Shown here in pieces: positions 29,854-40,278 of a stretch of DNA of 64,000 nt. The notes under the pieces were generated by a model. The model saw only the letters and a program-made list of their open reading frames with translations, ran no database searches and was not told the origin of the DNA. How positions within the stretch are numbered: the stretch's first letter is position 1; the number at the start of each line of letters is the position of its first letter. This stretch comes from an uncultured Synergistaceae bacterium (lineage in GTDB: Bacteria > Synergistota > Synergistia > Synergistales > Synergistaceae): NCBI GenBank assembly GCA_964450835.1, contig CAYVEQ010000001.1, forward strand, positions 3,722 through 67,721. Direction: 5' to 3'. Made by a program: the position numbers and the translations under genes.

Positions 29854-30390
29854 TCAGTCAACCGGTTCGGCCACATGCACGGAAGGAAGATGCCGGAAGT
29901 GTCCGCCGTAGTCAAGCCCGTAGCCTATGACAAATTCGTCCGGAATCACGAAGCCGGTATATTTGACGTTAACAGGCTGCTTGCGGCGATCCACCTTGTC
30001 AAGCAGAACGCATATCTCAACAGAGGCGGGGCCTCGGCCGCACAGAAGTTCGCTTATATAATTGAGCGACAGTCCCGTATCCAGAATATCTTCGACGACT
30101 ATGACGTTTTTGCCGTGTATATCGGTGCTGAGGTCTTTTAGTATTTTCACCGCGCCGCTGCTCTTCGTAGACTCGCCGTACGACGCTATGGCCAGGAAGT
30201 CCACCTGCGCGTCGATGCCGGGCCCCATTTCCCGTATCAAATCCGAGAAGAATATAACCGCGCCGTTCAGCACGCAGACAAAGATGACCTGCTTGCCCGC
30301 GTAATCTTCGCGTATACGCGCTCCGAGTTCTTTTACCTTTTCTCTTATTGCTTCTTCTGATATGAGCGTTCTGCCTATTTTATATTCCAC
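29854..30390 (-). CDS. hpt: Hypoxanthine phosphoribosyltransferase
   Basis: VEDILDTGLSL PRPP motif, FVIGYGLDY; tilS-hpt-ftsH gene order; probable GTG start at 30390. Confidence 0.93.
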   Translation of the reverse strand: MEYKIGRTLISEEAIREKVKELGARIREDYAGKQVIFVCVLNGAVIFFSDLIREMGPGIDAQVDFLAIASYGESTKSSGAVKILKDLSTDIHGKNVIVVEDILDTGLSLNYISELLCGRGPASVEICVLLDKVDRRKQPVNVKYTGFVIPDEFVIGYGLDYGGHFRHLPSVHVAEPVD

Positions 30391-30454
30391 TGCCAAGCAC
30401 TCCCCGCGGAAGAAATTCAATGTGCAACAATAGAGAATAATACCACACTTTTAA

Positions 30455-31516
30455 TTATCCCGCCCACCACGGCAGAGAATTTTCGCCGGCGCTTTTTCCG
30501 CGCGAGCGCGCGCGCTCGACATCGGCGCGCCTGAGCCAGCCGACGCCGCGTTTTGAATAGCAGACTTCGATGTCGCGCGCCCACTGAAAACGCCAGAAGC
30601 CCCCGCGCCTTATAAGTCCTGCAAGCTCCTCCGTGCGCTTTCGCGAAAGCGCGGGCAGAAGAAGCATCGCCCCCTGAAGCCGCAGCATTTCGCAAAGAGC
30701 CGCGCAAGAAATTTCGGGGAGCGAAGCCGTTTTCCACGCGGCAAGCGCGGGCGGCACGGAGAAAGAAACAAGCTCGACGGCGCGGCGCGCGGCGGCTCTC
30801 CGCTCCTTCTCCTCCTCCGACAGTTGTCTTGCCAGCCCGATCATGACATTTTCAAATCCAGGGTTCAAATTCTCTTTTATCCAGGGAATCAGGATATTGC
30901 GGACTTTATTGCGTGTGTAGCAGGATTCGTCGTTAGTCTCGTCGTCATGCCACGGCACGTTGTTTTGTTTAAGAATCTCGCGCAGCTCGGCGCGTGTAAA
31001 ATCTATGACGGGACGGATAATATTGCCGCGGCGCTCCGGAATGCCGCGAAGGCCGGCAAGCCCCGCGCCGCGGGCGAGATTCATCAGCTGCGTTTCAACC
31101 ACGTCGTCGGCGTTATGCCCGACCGCGATAAAAGGCAGAGCGTATCTTCGCGCCGTTTCCTCAAAATGTTCGTATCTCGCGCGGCGGCCGGACATTTCAA
31201 AAGATTCCCCTTTTTCGCGGCGTTCGCGCACATCAACGACTTTGACGGCGCAGTCTATTCCCCAGCTTTCGCAAAGGCCGCGCGCGAACTCGGCGTCGGC
31301 GTGCGAGGCTCCGTCGCGCGTGCAGTGATCGAGATGAGCCGCTACAATCCGTCCGCTGAAAAATTCTTTAAGCATCCACAGCGCCGCGACAGAATCCCCG
31401 CCGCCCGACAAGGCGCAGACAACGCCGTCCGCGCCAGCCCAGCCCTGACGGTTTGCCGCTGCGAGAAATCTTTTCCGGCAGTCAATCAGCGACGGAGCCG
31501 TTCGCCTTTTGTCCAA
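30455..31516 (-). CDS. tilS: tRNA(Ile)-lysidine synthetase (short form)
   Basis: ALSGGGDSVA, AHLDH, ARYEHF, GHNADDVVET, RNKVR. Start is approximate. Confidence 0.9.
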   Translation of the reverse strand: MDKRRTAPSLIDCRKRFLAAANRQGWAGADGVVCALSGGGDSVAALWMLKEFFSGRIVAAHLDHCTRDGASHADAEFARGLCESWGIDCAVKVVDVRERREKGESFEMSGRRARYEHFEETARRYALPFIAVGHNADDVVETQLMNLARGAGLAGLRGIPERRGNIIRPVIDFTRAELREILKQNNVPWHDDETNDESCYTRNKVRNILIPWIKENLNPGFENVMIGLARQLSEEEKERRAAARRAVELVSFSVPPALAAWKTASLPEISCAALCEMLRLQGAMLLLPALSRKRTEELAGLIRRGGFWRFQWARDIEVCYSKRGVGWLRRADVERARSRGKSAGENSLPWWAG

Positions 31517-32171
31517 ACCGGCACCACCGTATCAGAGGACACTCGCCGCAGCGCGGCTTCCTCGCGCCGCACAGGCCGCGTCCGTGCTCCAGAAAATTCA
31601 GATGTCCTCCCCGGAAACGCTCTTTAGGAAGTTCCGCTTCGAGAATTTGCTGAATTTTGTCGGGCGGGAATTTTTCGCCGGCCCAGCCGAAACGTTTGCT
31701 GAGGCGCGTGATATGCGTATCGACAGGGAACCCCGGCATATCGAGGTCAAAACATTCGACTATCGCGGATGTCTTAGGCCCCACTCCGGGCAATGATGTG
31801 AGGTAGGCGCGCACGTCCGGCTGTTCCCATTCGCGCAGTTCCTTTATGGAATACCGGCCGAAGCGTTCCCTGATCTCGGCGAGTATCCGCTGAATGCGCT
31901 GCGGCTTCGTGCCGCTCATTCCGGCGACGCGCAAAACTTCCTTCAGCTCTTCAATATCCGCCCCTGCGACATCCTCCCACGATTTATAGCGGCTCTTCAT
32001 GTTGGCGAAGGCCTTGTCGCGCAGCTTGTCGTTGGTATTCTGGGAAAGTATCGTCAATATCAGGTCGTCAAGCGGCTCCTCACAACAGAAGTCGCTCGCG
32101 GGCCGTTTTTCGTTCCCGTAAAGAGCTTCCAGAGCGTCAAGAATTTCTTTCGCGTTTTTAAGCGCCATCAT
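31482..32171 (-). CDS. nth: Endonuclease III-family DNA glycosylase
   Basis: LSQNT, HhH motif LPGVGPKT, VDTH, 4Fe-4S motif C-x6-C-x2-C-x5-C. Confidence 0.85.
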   Translation of the reverse strand: MMALKNAKEILDALEALYGNEKRPASDFCCEEPLDDLILTILSQNTNDKLRDKAFANMKSRYKSWEDVAGADIEELKEVLRVAGMSGTKPQRIQRILAEIRERFGRYSIKELREWEQPDVRAYLTSLPGVGPKTSAIVECFDLDMPGFPVDTHITRLSKRFGWAGEKFPPDKIQQILEAELPKERFRGGHLNFLEHGRGLCGARKPRCGECPLIRWCRFGQKANGSVAD

Positions 32172-34696
32172 TCGGCCTCTTTCAGATTGTCTTCCTGCGG
32201 AATCTCCGCCGCGGCTTTTTTTGAGCCTCTCTTTTTTTTAGGCGGGTCTACTCTGTCGTTCATCACCTTTTTATACCGGTACGAGCGCTCAAGCCACTCT
32301 TCAAGCGCTGCCTGCACCCTGCCGTGAACGCTCTCTTTCGGAAATTCACCGCTCGCGTCGGGCGTCCCTGCCGGTATGCCGGTAAGTATCTCGATCCCCT
32401 CGTCTATCGTGGATATGCTCCATATATGGAATTTTCCCTTTTTAACGGCCTCCGTGACTTCGTGGCACAGCATCAGGTGCCGGACATTCTGCGCCGGAAT
32501 CATAACGCCTTGGCGTCCGGTCAGTCCGTTGTGCCTGCAGTAATTAAAGAAGCCTTCGATTTTTTCGTTGACGCCGCCGATGGGCTGTATGTTGCCGCGC
32601 TGATCCACGGAACCGGTAACGGCTATGCCCTGATTCAAAGGTATTTCGGAAATGGCGGAAAGCAGGCAGTAAAGCTCGGTCGAAGAGGCGCTGTCTCCCT
32701 CTATGCCTCCGTAAGTCTGCTCGAAAGCCAGCCTCGCGCTGATTGAAAGCGGGAATTTTTTAGCGTACATGCGGCAAAGATAGCTTGAAAGAGTCATAAG
32801 ACCCTTGTTGTGTATCGGCCCTGTCATGCGCGCTTCGCGCTCGATGTTCACCACCCCTTCCGTTCCCATGAAGACGTTCGCCGTTATGCGCACAGGGGAA
32901 CCGAAGGAATGATCTATCAGCTGCGAGACTGTGAGGCCGTTTATCTGCCCGACCTCAAATCCGTCCGTGTCGATTCGTATCACGCCGTTTCTGTATTCGT
33001 CAAAAACTTTTTCTTCCCACAAATCCCGGCGGAAAATTTTCTCGGAGAGCGCCTTTCTTACCTGCCCTATGCCCACAAGACGTTTGCCCGAAACCTTGGC
33101 CTGCGCCGTCGATTCGACAAGAATTTCAGCGATTTTGTTCAACTGGGTGGAAAGTTTATTCTTGTCCTCAACAAGGCGGGACGCCCATTCTATTACTTCT
33201 CCGACCGCGGCCGCGGTAAAGTGCAGCTTGCCTTCGCGCTCCACAAATCCCGCGACAAAACGCGCGATCTGCATTTCGCTCTCGTCCGTGCGCTGCATTT
33301 CCGCGTCAAACTCCGCCTTGACTTTAAAAACTTTGGAAAATTCCGGGTCGTATATGTTCAGCAGATAATAAATGTAGGGCGTTCCGACCGCGACTACTTT
33401 CATATCGACAGGGATAGGCTCAGGGCGCAGCGATGAAACGGGGATATAGCCGAGCTGCTCCGCGAGGTTTTCGATGGCCAGTTCGCGGTAGCGCAGCACG
33501 CGTTTCAGCACGTCCCAGGACATAAACTGCCGCAGGAGTTCGTTGGCGTCAAGCAGGAGATAGCCGCCGTTGGCTCTGTGCATGGCGCCGGGCGTTATGC
33601 GGCGGAAGTCTGTGTAAAGATTTCCCTGCTTGTTCTCGTAATCGACTTTGCCGACGAGGTTATAGTAAATCGGGTTCGTTTCGCATATGACAGGGACACC
33701 GTCGTTAGGATTGTTGCTGACAAAGGCGTTTACTTCGTAGCGCGAAAAATCGACGTCGGCCTGGTCGTCGCGGACGGCGGCAAGAAACAAGTTGAAGTTA
33801 GCGATAATATCTTCCGAGAAATCGTCAAGCCACCGCTCCAGTTTGCCGTTCGGCCGATATTTCGCGCGCAATTCCGACATGACAGGCGCTATCGCGCCGC
33901 GGCATATCTGACCCTCAAGTTCGTGAATCTTCTCTTTCAGATCTTTTTCACGCTCGCGTATCAGGCGCAGTTTTTCAAGAGTTTTCTGCGAAATCTCCTC
34001 CGAAGCCTTTTGGAGCTTGGCCTGCTCCTCCGCGGAGAGTTTCTCAAATTCCTCCTGCTGCATCTCGCGCAGCGCGGCTTCGCCTTCAGGCGGCGCTTCG
34101 CCGTCTGACTGTTCACGCGGCGCGGCGGGCGGAGCCGTTATCAAAGGAAGGTTTACGAACCCCTGCGGAGTGCGCTTGATAGCGAAATTTTTCGACTCGG
34201 CCCATTTGCGCAGCTCTTCCATTATCGAATTGACTTCGTCCTGAAATGCCTTCACCAGATGCGCCTTGCTGTCTTCAAACTCGTTATTGTCAAACGCTTT
34301 GGAGAGAGTCGTCTTTAATTCCTCGACAGCGTCGGAGGCGTCCTTCGCAAGCTCCCGCCCTTTGCCTGCGGGCAGGTTAATCGCGAGCGGAACGCTCGGG
34401 TCGTCGAAATTATACACATATATCCAGTCGTCCGGGGCTGGCATCGAGGCGGCGGCGCGTTTCAGCTCGCCGATCGCGTATGACGTGCGGCCGCATCCGG
34501 GCTCTCCGACCATGAAAATATTGTAGCCCTTGTTTTGCACGGACAGGCCGAAGCTGACGGAGCGCACCGCGCGCTCCTGCCCGATCAGCCCGGAGAGCCG
34601 GTCAAGCCCCTTGGTTGTCCTGAATCCCAGAGCTTTCAGATTCGCCGGACGGCGCAGGCTGTTTGCCGAAAGTTTTTTATCTTCTGTAAGGGACAT
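32168..34696 (-). CDS. LonC-like (AAA_32 + Lon_C) protease
   Basis: LIGQERA, GAMHRANGGYLLLDA, catalytic GDSAS and GGVNEKIEG dyad, long coiled-coil inserts. Start at ATG 34696 behind GGGAGGAG. Confidence 0.88.
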   Translation of the reverse strand: MSLTEDKKLSANSLRRPANLKALGFRTTKGLDRLSGLIGQERAVRSVSFGLSVQNKGYNIFMVGEPGCGRTSYAIGELKRAAASMPAPDDWIYVYNFDDPSVPLAINLPAGKGRELAKDASDAVEELKTTLSKAFDNNEFEDSKAHLVKAFQDEVNSIMEELRKWAESKNFAIKRTPQGFVNLPLITAPPAAPREQSDGEAPPEGEAALREMQQEEFEKLSAEEQAKLQKASEEISQKTLEKLRLIREREKDLKEKIHELEGQICRGAIAPVMSELRAKYRPNGKLERWLDDFSEDIIANFNLFLAAVRDDQADVDFSRYEVNAFVSNNPNDGVPVICETNPIYYNLVGKVDYENKQGNLYTDFRRITPGAMHRANGGYLLLDANELLRQFMSWDVLKRVLRYRELAIENLAEQLGYIPVSSLRPEPIPVDMKVVAVGTPYIYYLLNIYDPEFSKVFKVKAEFDAEMQRTDESEMQIARFVAGFVEREGKLHFTAAAVGEVIEWASRLVEDKNKLSTQLNKIAEILVESTAQAKVSGKRLVGIGQVRKALSEKIFRRDLWEEKVFDEYRNGVIRIDTDGFEVGQINGLTVSQLIDHSFGSPVRITANVFMGTEGVVNIEREARMTGPIHNKGLMTLSSYLCRMYAKKFPLSISARLAFEQTYGGIEGDSASSTELYCLLSAISEIPLNQGIAVTGSVDQRGNIQPIGGVNEKIEGFFNYCRHNGLTGRQGVMIPAQNVRHLMLCHEVTEAVKKGKFHIWSISTIDEGIEILTGIPAGTPDASGEFPKESVHGRVQAALEEWLERSYRYKKVMNDRVDPPKKKRGSKKAAAEIPQEDNLKEAE

Positions 34697-34731
34697 TAAG
34701 CTCCTCCCGATAACGCCTTGAAGGCGGTAAA

Positions 34732-34762
34732 AGTTAATATTAGTCAGATGTCGATTATAGCA
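34732..34762 (-). promoter_or_regulatory. Extended -10 promoter of the lonC-like operon with an overlapping CtsR-like direct repeat
   Basis: TGCTATAAT (34762-34754); AGTTAAT-ATT-AGTCAGA on the plus strand at 34732-34748. Confidence 0.55.
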
Positions 34763-34815
34763 CAACGCGATAATGTTTGGGATGGCTTTCTTGCTTCCTT
34801 AAAAAACCGGCCGGT

Positions 34816-34848
34816 AAAAAAACGAGGGAGAACGCGAACGCTCTCCCT
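34816..34848 (-). terminator. Terminator after the cold-shock gene
   Basis: GGGAGAGCG-TTCG-CGTTCTCCC stem followed by TCG and T7. Confidence 0.85.
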
Positions 34849-34911
34849 TTCAATCCGATTTCTTTATATCTTTATATAAATACGAAAGAAATATTGGTGA
34901 TGGAGTAAAGC

Positions 34912-35115
34912 TTATAATTTTTCCACGTTGGAAGCCTGGGGGCCTTTGCTTCCCTGCGTGATTTCAAAGCTTACTTTCTGACCTTCGTCGAGGGTTTTGA
35001 AGCCCTCTCCCTGAATTGCGCTGAAGTGCACGAATACATCGTTCCCTTCATCGGTGCTGATAAATCCGTAACCCTTCGTCGCGTTGAACCATTTTACTGT
35101 ACCTTTGCTCTTCAA
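34912..35115 (-). CDS. cspA: Cold-shock protein (CspA family)
   Basis: [16 protein letters not shown] (RNP1), DVFVHFSAI (RNP2); TTG start at 35115 behind GGGAGG; 67 aa. Confidence 0.95.
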   Translation of the reverse strand: MKSKGTVKWFNATKGYGFISTDEGNDVFVHFSAIQGEGFKTLDEGQKVSFEITQGSKGPQASNVEKL

Positions 35116-35378
35116 GGTGTTGCCTCCCAACAAGGAATATTATCTCATCGGCATGCACCGACAACTAAACATTATACTTTTATTTTCAGCTTGTCAAGAC
35201 AATTTTGTCAATTTTTGATTTTTTTCGTTATTTTTTTCCGGTGAGATATTTTATAACAGATCTGAAAATAAATTCAACGCCGGAGCGGAAGTCCTCGCTG
35301 TCGGATAAAAACAGTTCCGCAGGCTCGCAGAAACCGGCAGAATTTGCGGGGTGCCGTTTGTATTTTTTCAAAAAAGTA

Positions 35379-35445
35379 TTGTTTGATATTCGTTGATGTA
35401 CTATAATATCAGCGTTAAGTCAGTATTGGTTAAATACAATCTGAC
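35379..35445 (+). promoter_or_regulatory. clpB promoter with a CtsR-like direct repeat
   Basis: TTGTTT-N17-TATAAT (-10 at 35402-35407), then AGTCAGT-ATT-GGTTAAA at 35418-35434. Confidence 0.55.
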
Positions 35446-35458
35446 AGGAGGAATAGAA

Positions 35459-38089
35459 ATGGATATGAATAAATTTACACAGAAGTCGCAGGAGGCGATT
35501 TACGAAGCGCAGAATTCGGCCGTCCGCCTCGGCCATCAGGAGGTCGACGCGGAAAATATCGCGCTTGCGCTGATAAGGCAGGAGAACGGCCTCATCCCGC
35601 GTCTTCTCGAAAGAATGAACACTCCCGCGGAGAATATCGCGGGAGCGATTGAAAACGAGCTGAACCGCAAGCCCAAAGTGTCGGGCGCGAATCGTGAAAG
35701 CGGCAAAATTTATATATCGCAGCGCTTTTCGAAAATACTGGTAAGGGCGCAGGACGAGGCGAACAGCCTTAAGGACGAGTATATATCGGTGGAACATGTT
35801 TTCCTCGCCATACTGTACGAGACGAAGGGAAGCCCGCTCGGCCGGATTTTTGAGACATTCGGCGTAACGCCGGAGAATTTTCTGAAGACTCTCTCCGAGG
35901 TGCGCGGGAACCAGCGCGTGACCAGCGACAACCCCGAGGATAAGTACGACGCGCTCGAAAAATACGGACGCGACCTTGTAAAAGCCGCGCGCGAAAACAA
36001 GCTCGATCCCGTAATCGGGCGTGACGAGGAGATTCGCCGCACTATACGCATCCTCAGCAGAAAGACAAAGAACAATCCCGTGCTTATCGGCGAGCCCGGC
36101 GTGGGAAAGACCGCGATAGCAGAGGGGCTCGCGATGAGAATCATGCGCGGAGACGTGCCGGAAAATCTCAAAGACCGCGTAATTTTTGCCCTTGACATGG
36201 GTTCTCTCATAGCCGGAGCGAAGTTCCGGGGCGAATTTGAAGAACGGCTGAAAGCAGTCCTCGATGAAGTAAAGAAAAGCGACGGACGCATAATACTTTT
36301 TATAGACGAGCTGCACACCATAGTCGGGGCAGGCAAGACAGACGGCGCGCTTGACGCGGGCAATATGCTGAAGCCTCTGCTGGCGAGGGGCGAGCTTCAC
36401 TGCATAGGCGCCACGACTCTTGAGGAGTACCGCCAGTACATAGAAAAGGACGCCGCGCTCGAAAGGCGTTTCCAGCCGGTGCTTGTCGAACCGCCAAGCG
36501 TCGAGGACACTGTTTCGATACTGCGCGGCCTCAAAGAACGCTTTCAGGTTCATCACGGCGTGCGCATTAAGGACAGCGCGCTGGTGGCGGCCTCCGTGCT
36601 TTCCAACCGCTACATCACGGACAGATTCCTGCCGGACAAGGCGATAGATCTCATCGACGAAGCCTGCGCGATGATACGCACGGACATAGACTCGCTTCCC
36701 GCAGAGTTGGACACGGCGAACAGGCGCGTGATGCAGCTTGAAATAGAAGAAGCGGCGCTGAAACTCGAAAAAGACAAGGCAAGCATAGAACGCCTTGAAC
36801 ACCTGCAGAAAGAGCTGGCGGACGCGAAAGAGCTGGCGCACACGCTGCGCGCGCAGTACGAGACCGAGAAGCAGGAAATCTCAAAAATCCGAAGCCTTCG
36901 CGAAGAGATAGAAAAAGTCCGCCATCAGATAGAGGACGCGGAACGCGGCTACGATCTTAACCTCGCCGCGCAGCTTCGCTACGGCACTCTGAACAGGCTG
37001 GAGGCAGAGCTTAAAGACGAGGAGCGGAAGTCTCAGCAGGCGGACGGCGGCAGGCAGAAACTTCTCCGCGAAGAGGTCACGGAGGACGAGATCGCGGAAA
37101 TTGTGTCGAAATGGACGGGAATCCCTGTCTCGCGCCTCGTTGAAGGAGAGAGGGAGAAGCTTCTGCATCTCGACGGTATTCTGCACAGGCGGGTCGTCGG
37201 GCAGGACGAAGCGGTGAGTCTGGTGGCCGACGCCGTTCTCCGCGCCAGATCCGGCATCAAAGACCCGAAACGGCCTATCGGCTCTTTCATCTTCCTCGGC
37301 CCCACAGGAGTGGGCAAGACGGAGCTTGCCCGCGCGCTCGCCGAAGCGCTCTTTGACTCCGAGGAGAACATAGTAAGGATAGATATGTCTGAGTACATGG
37401 AAAAGCACACTGTTTCGCGCCTTGTTGGGGCGCCTCCGGGATATGTCGGATACGAGGAGGGCGGCCAGCTGACCGAGGCTGTACGGCGTCACCCGTATTC
37501 CGTAGTGCTCTTTGACGAGATCGAGAAAGCGCATCCGGACGTATTCAACATCATGCTGCAGATACTCGACGACGGGCGCGTGACAGACAGCCACGGCCGC
37601 ACCGTAAGCTTCAAAAACTGCGTGATTATCATGACCAGCAACATCGGGGCTCAGATACTGATAGAGGGCATGAACGACGCGGGAGAACTGCCGAAAAGCT
37701 CCGTTGACGAGGTAATGTCCGTAATGCGCTCGAAGTTCCGCCCGGAGTTCTTAAACCGCGTGGACGAGGTAATCTGTTTCAAGCCGCTGACGCTTGAAAA
37801 CCTGCGCGAAATAGTCAGGCTCATTCTGCGCCAGCTGAAGCAGCGCCTCGAAGATCAGGACATCGCGTTAGACGTTGCGGACGGCGCGCTCAACCTGTGC
37901 GCGAGAAACGGCTACGACCCGGTCTACGGCGCGCGCCCTCTCAAACGCTACATACAGAAAGCGCTTGAAACGCGCATAGCCCGCGCCATCATCGCCGGCG
38001 ACGTTCGCGGGGGAGGCACGATACATATCGACGACATCGACGGCAGGCTGGAGATGACCTTCGACAACGCCGAGGGCGAAAAAATTTAA
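35459..38089 (+). CDS. clpB: Chaperone/disaggregase ClpB
   Basis: Clp N-domain, GEPGVGKT and GPTGVGKT Walker A motifs, long middle coiled coil, [16 protein letters not shown]. Start at ATG 35459 behind AGGAGG. Confidence 0.96.
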   Translation: MDMNKFTQKSQEAIYEAQNSAVRLGHQEVDAENIALALIRQENGLIPRLLERMNTPAENIAGAIENELNRKPKVSGANRESGKIYISQRFSKILVRAQDEANSLKDEYISVEHVFLAILYETKGSPLGRIFETFGVTPENFLKTLSEVRGNQRVTSDNPEDKYDALEKYGRDLVKAARENKLDPVIGRDEEIRRTIRILSRKTKNNPVLIGEPGVGKTAIAEGLAMRIMRGDVPENLKDRVIFALDMGSLIAGAKFRGEFEERLKAVLDEVKKSDGRIILFIDELHTIVGAGKTDGALDAGNMLKPLLARGELHCIGATTLEEYRQYIEKDAALERRFQPVLVEPPSVEDTVSILRGLKERFQVHHGVRIKDSALVAASVLSNRYITDRFLPDKAIDLIDEACAMIRTDIDSLPAELDTANRRVMQLEIEEAALKLEKDKASIERLEHLQKELADAKELAHTLRAQYETEKQEISKIRSLREEIEKVRHQIEDAERGYDLNLAAQLRYGTLNRLEAELKDEERKSQQADGGRQKLLREEVTEDEIAEIVSKWTGIPVSRLVEGEREKLLHLDGILHRRVVGQDEAVSLVADAVLRARSGIKDPKRPIGSFIFLGPTGVGKTELARALAEALFDSEENIVRIDMSEYMEKHTVSRLVGAPPGYVGYEEGGQLTEAVRRHPYSVVLFDEIEKAHPDVFNIMLQILDDGRVTDSHGRTVSFKNCVIIMTSNIGAQILIEGMNDAGELPKSSVDEVMSVMRSKFRPEFLNRVDEVICFKPLTLENLREIVRLILRQLKQRLEDQDIALDVADGALNLCARNGYDPVYGARPLKRYIQKALETRIARAIIAGDVRGGGTIHIDDIDGRLEMTFDNAEGEKI

Positions 38090-38116
38090 GCGGCGTTGCG
38101 CCGCGAGCTGGAATAT

Positions 38117-38148
38117 CCGGACGGCGCAATTGCTCCGTCCGGTTTTTT
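38117..38148 (+). terminator. Terminator after clpB
   Basis: CCGGACGG / CCGTCCGG stem followed by T6. Confidence 0.85.
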
Positions 38149-38225
38149 ACCGCGCGAAGAGAATGTGTAAAAAAAGATTTATATTTATAATGTACAACTG
38201 AAAGATTTCGGAAAGGAAGATATCA

Positions 38226-40100
38226 ATGGCCGAGAGAATGGAATTTCAAAGCGAAGCTAAACAGGTGCTGGAGCTGATGGTCAACTCCGTCTACTCAAAT
38301 CCGGATATATTTGTGCGCGAGCTGGTTTCGAACGCCTCTGACGCGCTCGACAAATTGCGCATAGAGAGCCTGAAAGACCAGAGGCTCGCCGAGTACGCAA
38401 AGGGCGGACGCATTGACATCACGATAGACAAAAAGAGGGGGACTCTGACATTTTCCGACAACGGCATCGGAATGAGCCGCGACGATCTTGTCTCCTATCT
38501 CGGCACTATCGCGCGCTCAGGCACAGGCGAATTCATAAAGGCGCTGAATGAGGCAAAAAGCGGCGCGGCGGGCGACCTTATCGGACAATTCGGCGTCGGC
38601 TTCTACTCCAGCTTCATAGCGGCGGACAAAGTAACGGTCGATACGCGCAAGGCCGGCTCATCCGAAAGCTGGAAATGGGAATCCGAGGGCGACGGCACGT
38701 ACACAATAGACAGCGGGAGCCGCGATACAAACGGCACGACAATAACGCTTCACATAAAACCTGCGGGAAAAGATAACGCGGAAGCCAAAGATTACCTTTC
38801 CGAATGGACAATCCGCGGCGTCATAAAAGAATACTCAGACTTCGTAACGTACCCCGTCTATGTAAAAGTCGCCGACGAAAGCGGGAAAGACGAAAAAGAA
38901 GAGCCGGTCAACTCGATGAAGGCGATTTGGACACGGCCTCAGAAAGAGATAACGGACGAAGAATTCAACGAATTCTACCGCCACATATCGCACGACTGGG
39001 AAGACCCGCTTGACCGCGTAAGCTACAAGGCGGAGGGGGTTAGCGAGTTCCGCGCTCTGCTTTTCATACCCTCTCACCCGCCGATGGATCTTTTCTATCC
39101 GGAGGGCAAACACGGCGTGCAGCTCTACATCAGACGCGTGTTCATAATGAACGACTGCAAAGAGCTGATCCCGGAATATATGCGCTTCGTCAAAGGCGTA
39201 GTGGACTCGGAAGACCTCTCTCTCAACATATCGCGCGAAATGCTCCAGCAGGATCGCCACACCGCGCAGATAAAGAACAGCCTTACGAAAAAAATACTCG
39301 ACTCTCTCTCGAAGCTGCGCGCGGACAAGCCGGAAACATACGCGAAATTCTGGCGGGCCTTCGGCGCCGTGCTGAAGGAGGGCATAATATCGGACGCAAA
39401 CCGCCGCGAGGAGATAATGAAACTCTGCTCCTTTGAGACTTCGGGCGGCGAAAAGACAACGCTTGAAGATTACATAATAAAAATGCCGGCGGGGCAGGAC
39501 AAAATATATTATCTCGCGGGCGCATCTCTTGACAACCTTCGCAATTCCCCGAAACTCGAAGCCTTCAAAAAACGCGGGGTAAACGTGCTCCTCCTCTGCG
39601 ACCCCGTAGACGAAATATGGGTGAACAACGTCCGCAAATTCGACAAATACAACTTTATCTCAGCCTCTTCCGAAAGCGCGGAGCTTCCGAAAGTTTCGGA
39701 GGAAAGAGACGGAAAAGAGGCGGAGGATATCGAAAAGAGCGGACTTGTCAAAAAACTGAAAGACGCTCTCGGAAAGCTCGTCGAGGAAGTAAAGCTTTCC
39801 GACCGTCTGGTGGACTCCCCCGTCTGCTTTGTGCAGAAAGGAGAAGAAATCTCGCCGCAGATGCGTAATTTCTTCAAAGCCATGGGACAGGAAGTTCCGG
39901 AGGAAAAGCGCGTAATGGAGATAAACCCGAACCACGCGCTCATAAAGAAAATAGCCGAAGAATCGGAAAAGCCGGATTTCAACGCGGACGACTGGTCAAG
40001 CCTCCTTATGGGGCTCGCCTCAATAGCCGACGGCCAGCCGGTGCCGGAGGGCAGAAAATTCACGGCGCTTATCAGCAGAATGCTGGAAAAACAAGTCTAA
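38226..40100 (+). CDS. htpG: Hsp90 chaperone HtpG
   Basis: FQSE, YSN...[35 protein letters not shown]. Confidence 0.96.
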
Positions 40101-40145
40101 CAAAACACAACCGCGGAGAGGCGGCGGCTCCGCCGCCTCTCCGCG
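40101..40145 (-). terminator. Strong hairpin between the convergent htpG and MFS genes
   Basis: Perfect 15-bp stem CGCGGAGAGGCGGCG / CGCCGCCTCTCCGCG; U-rich tail on the minus strand. A second 10-bp stem lies at 40196-40219. Confidence 0.7.
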
Positions 40146-40278
40146 AGATTGAGAAAAACTTTCAGAACGGGGCGAAGCTCCCGCTCCAAACCGCGCGCGG
40201 GCAGGACGGCCTGCCCGCGGGGAAATCACCCAAATTCACAAAAAGCGAACAGAGCAAAACTGAAGGCCGGCCTTTTCG

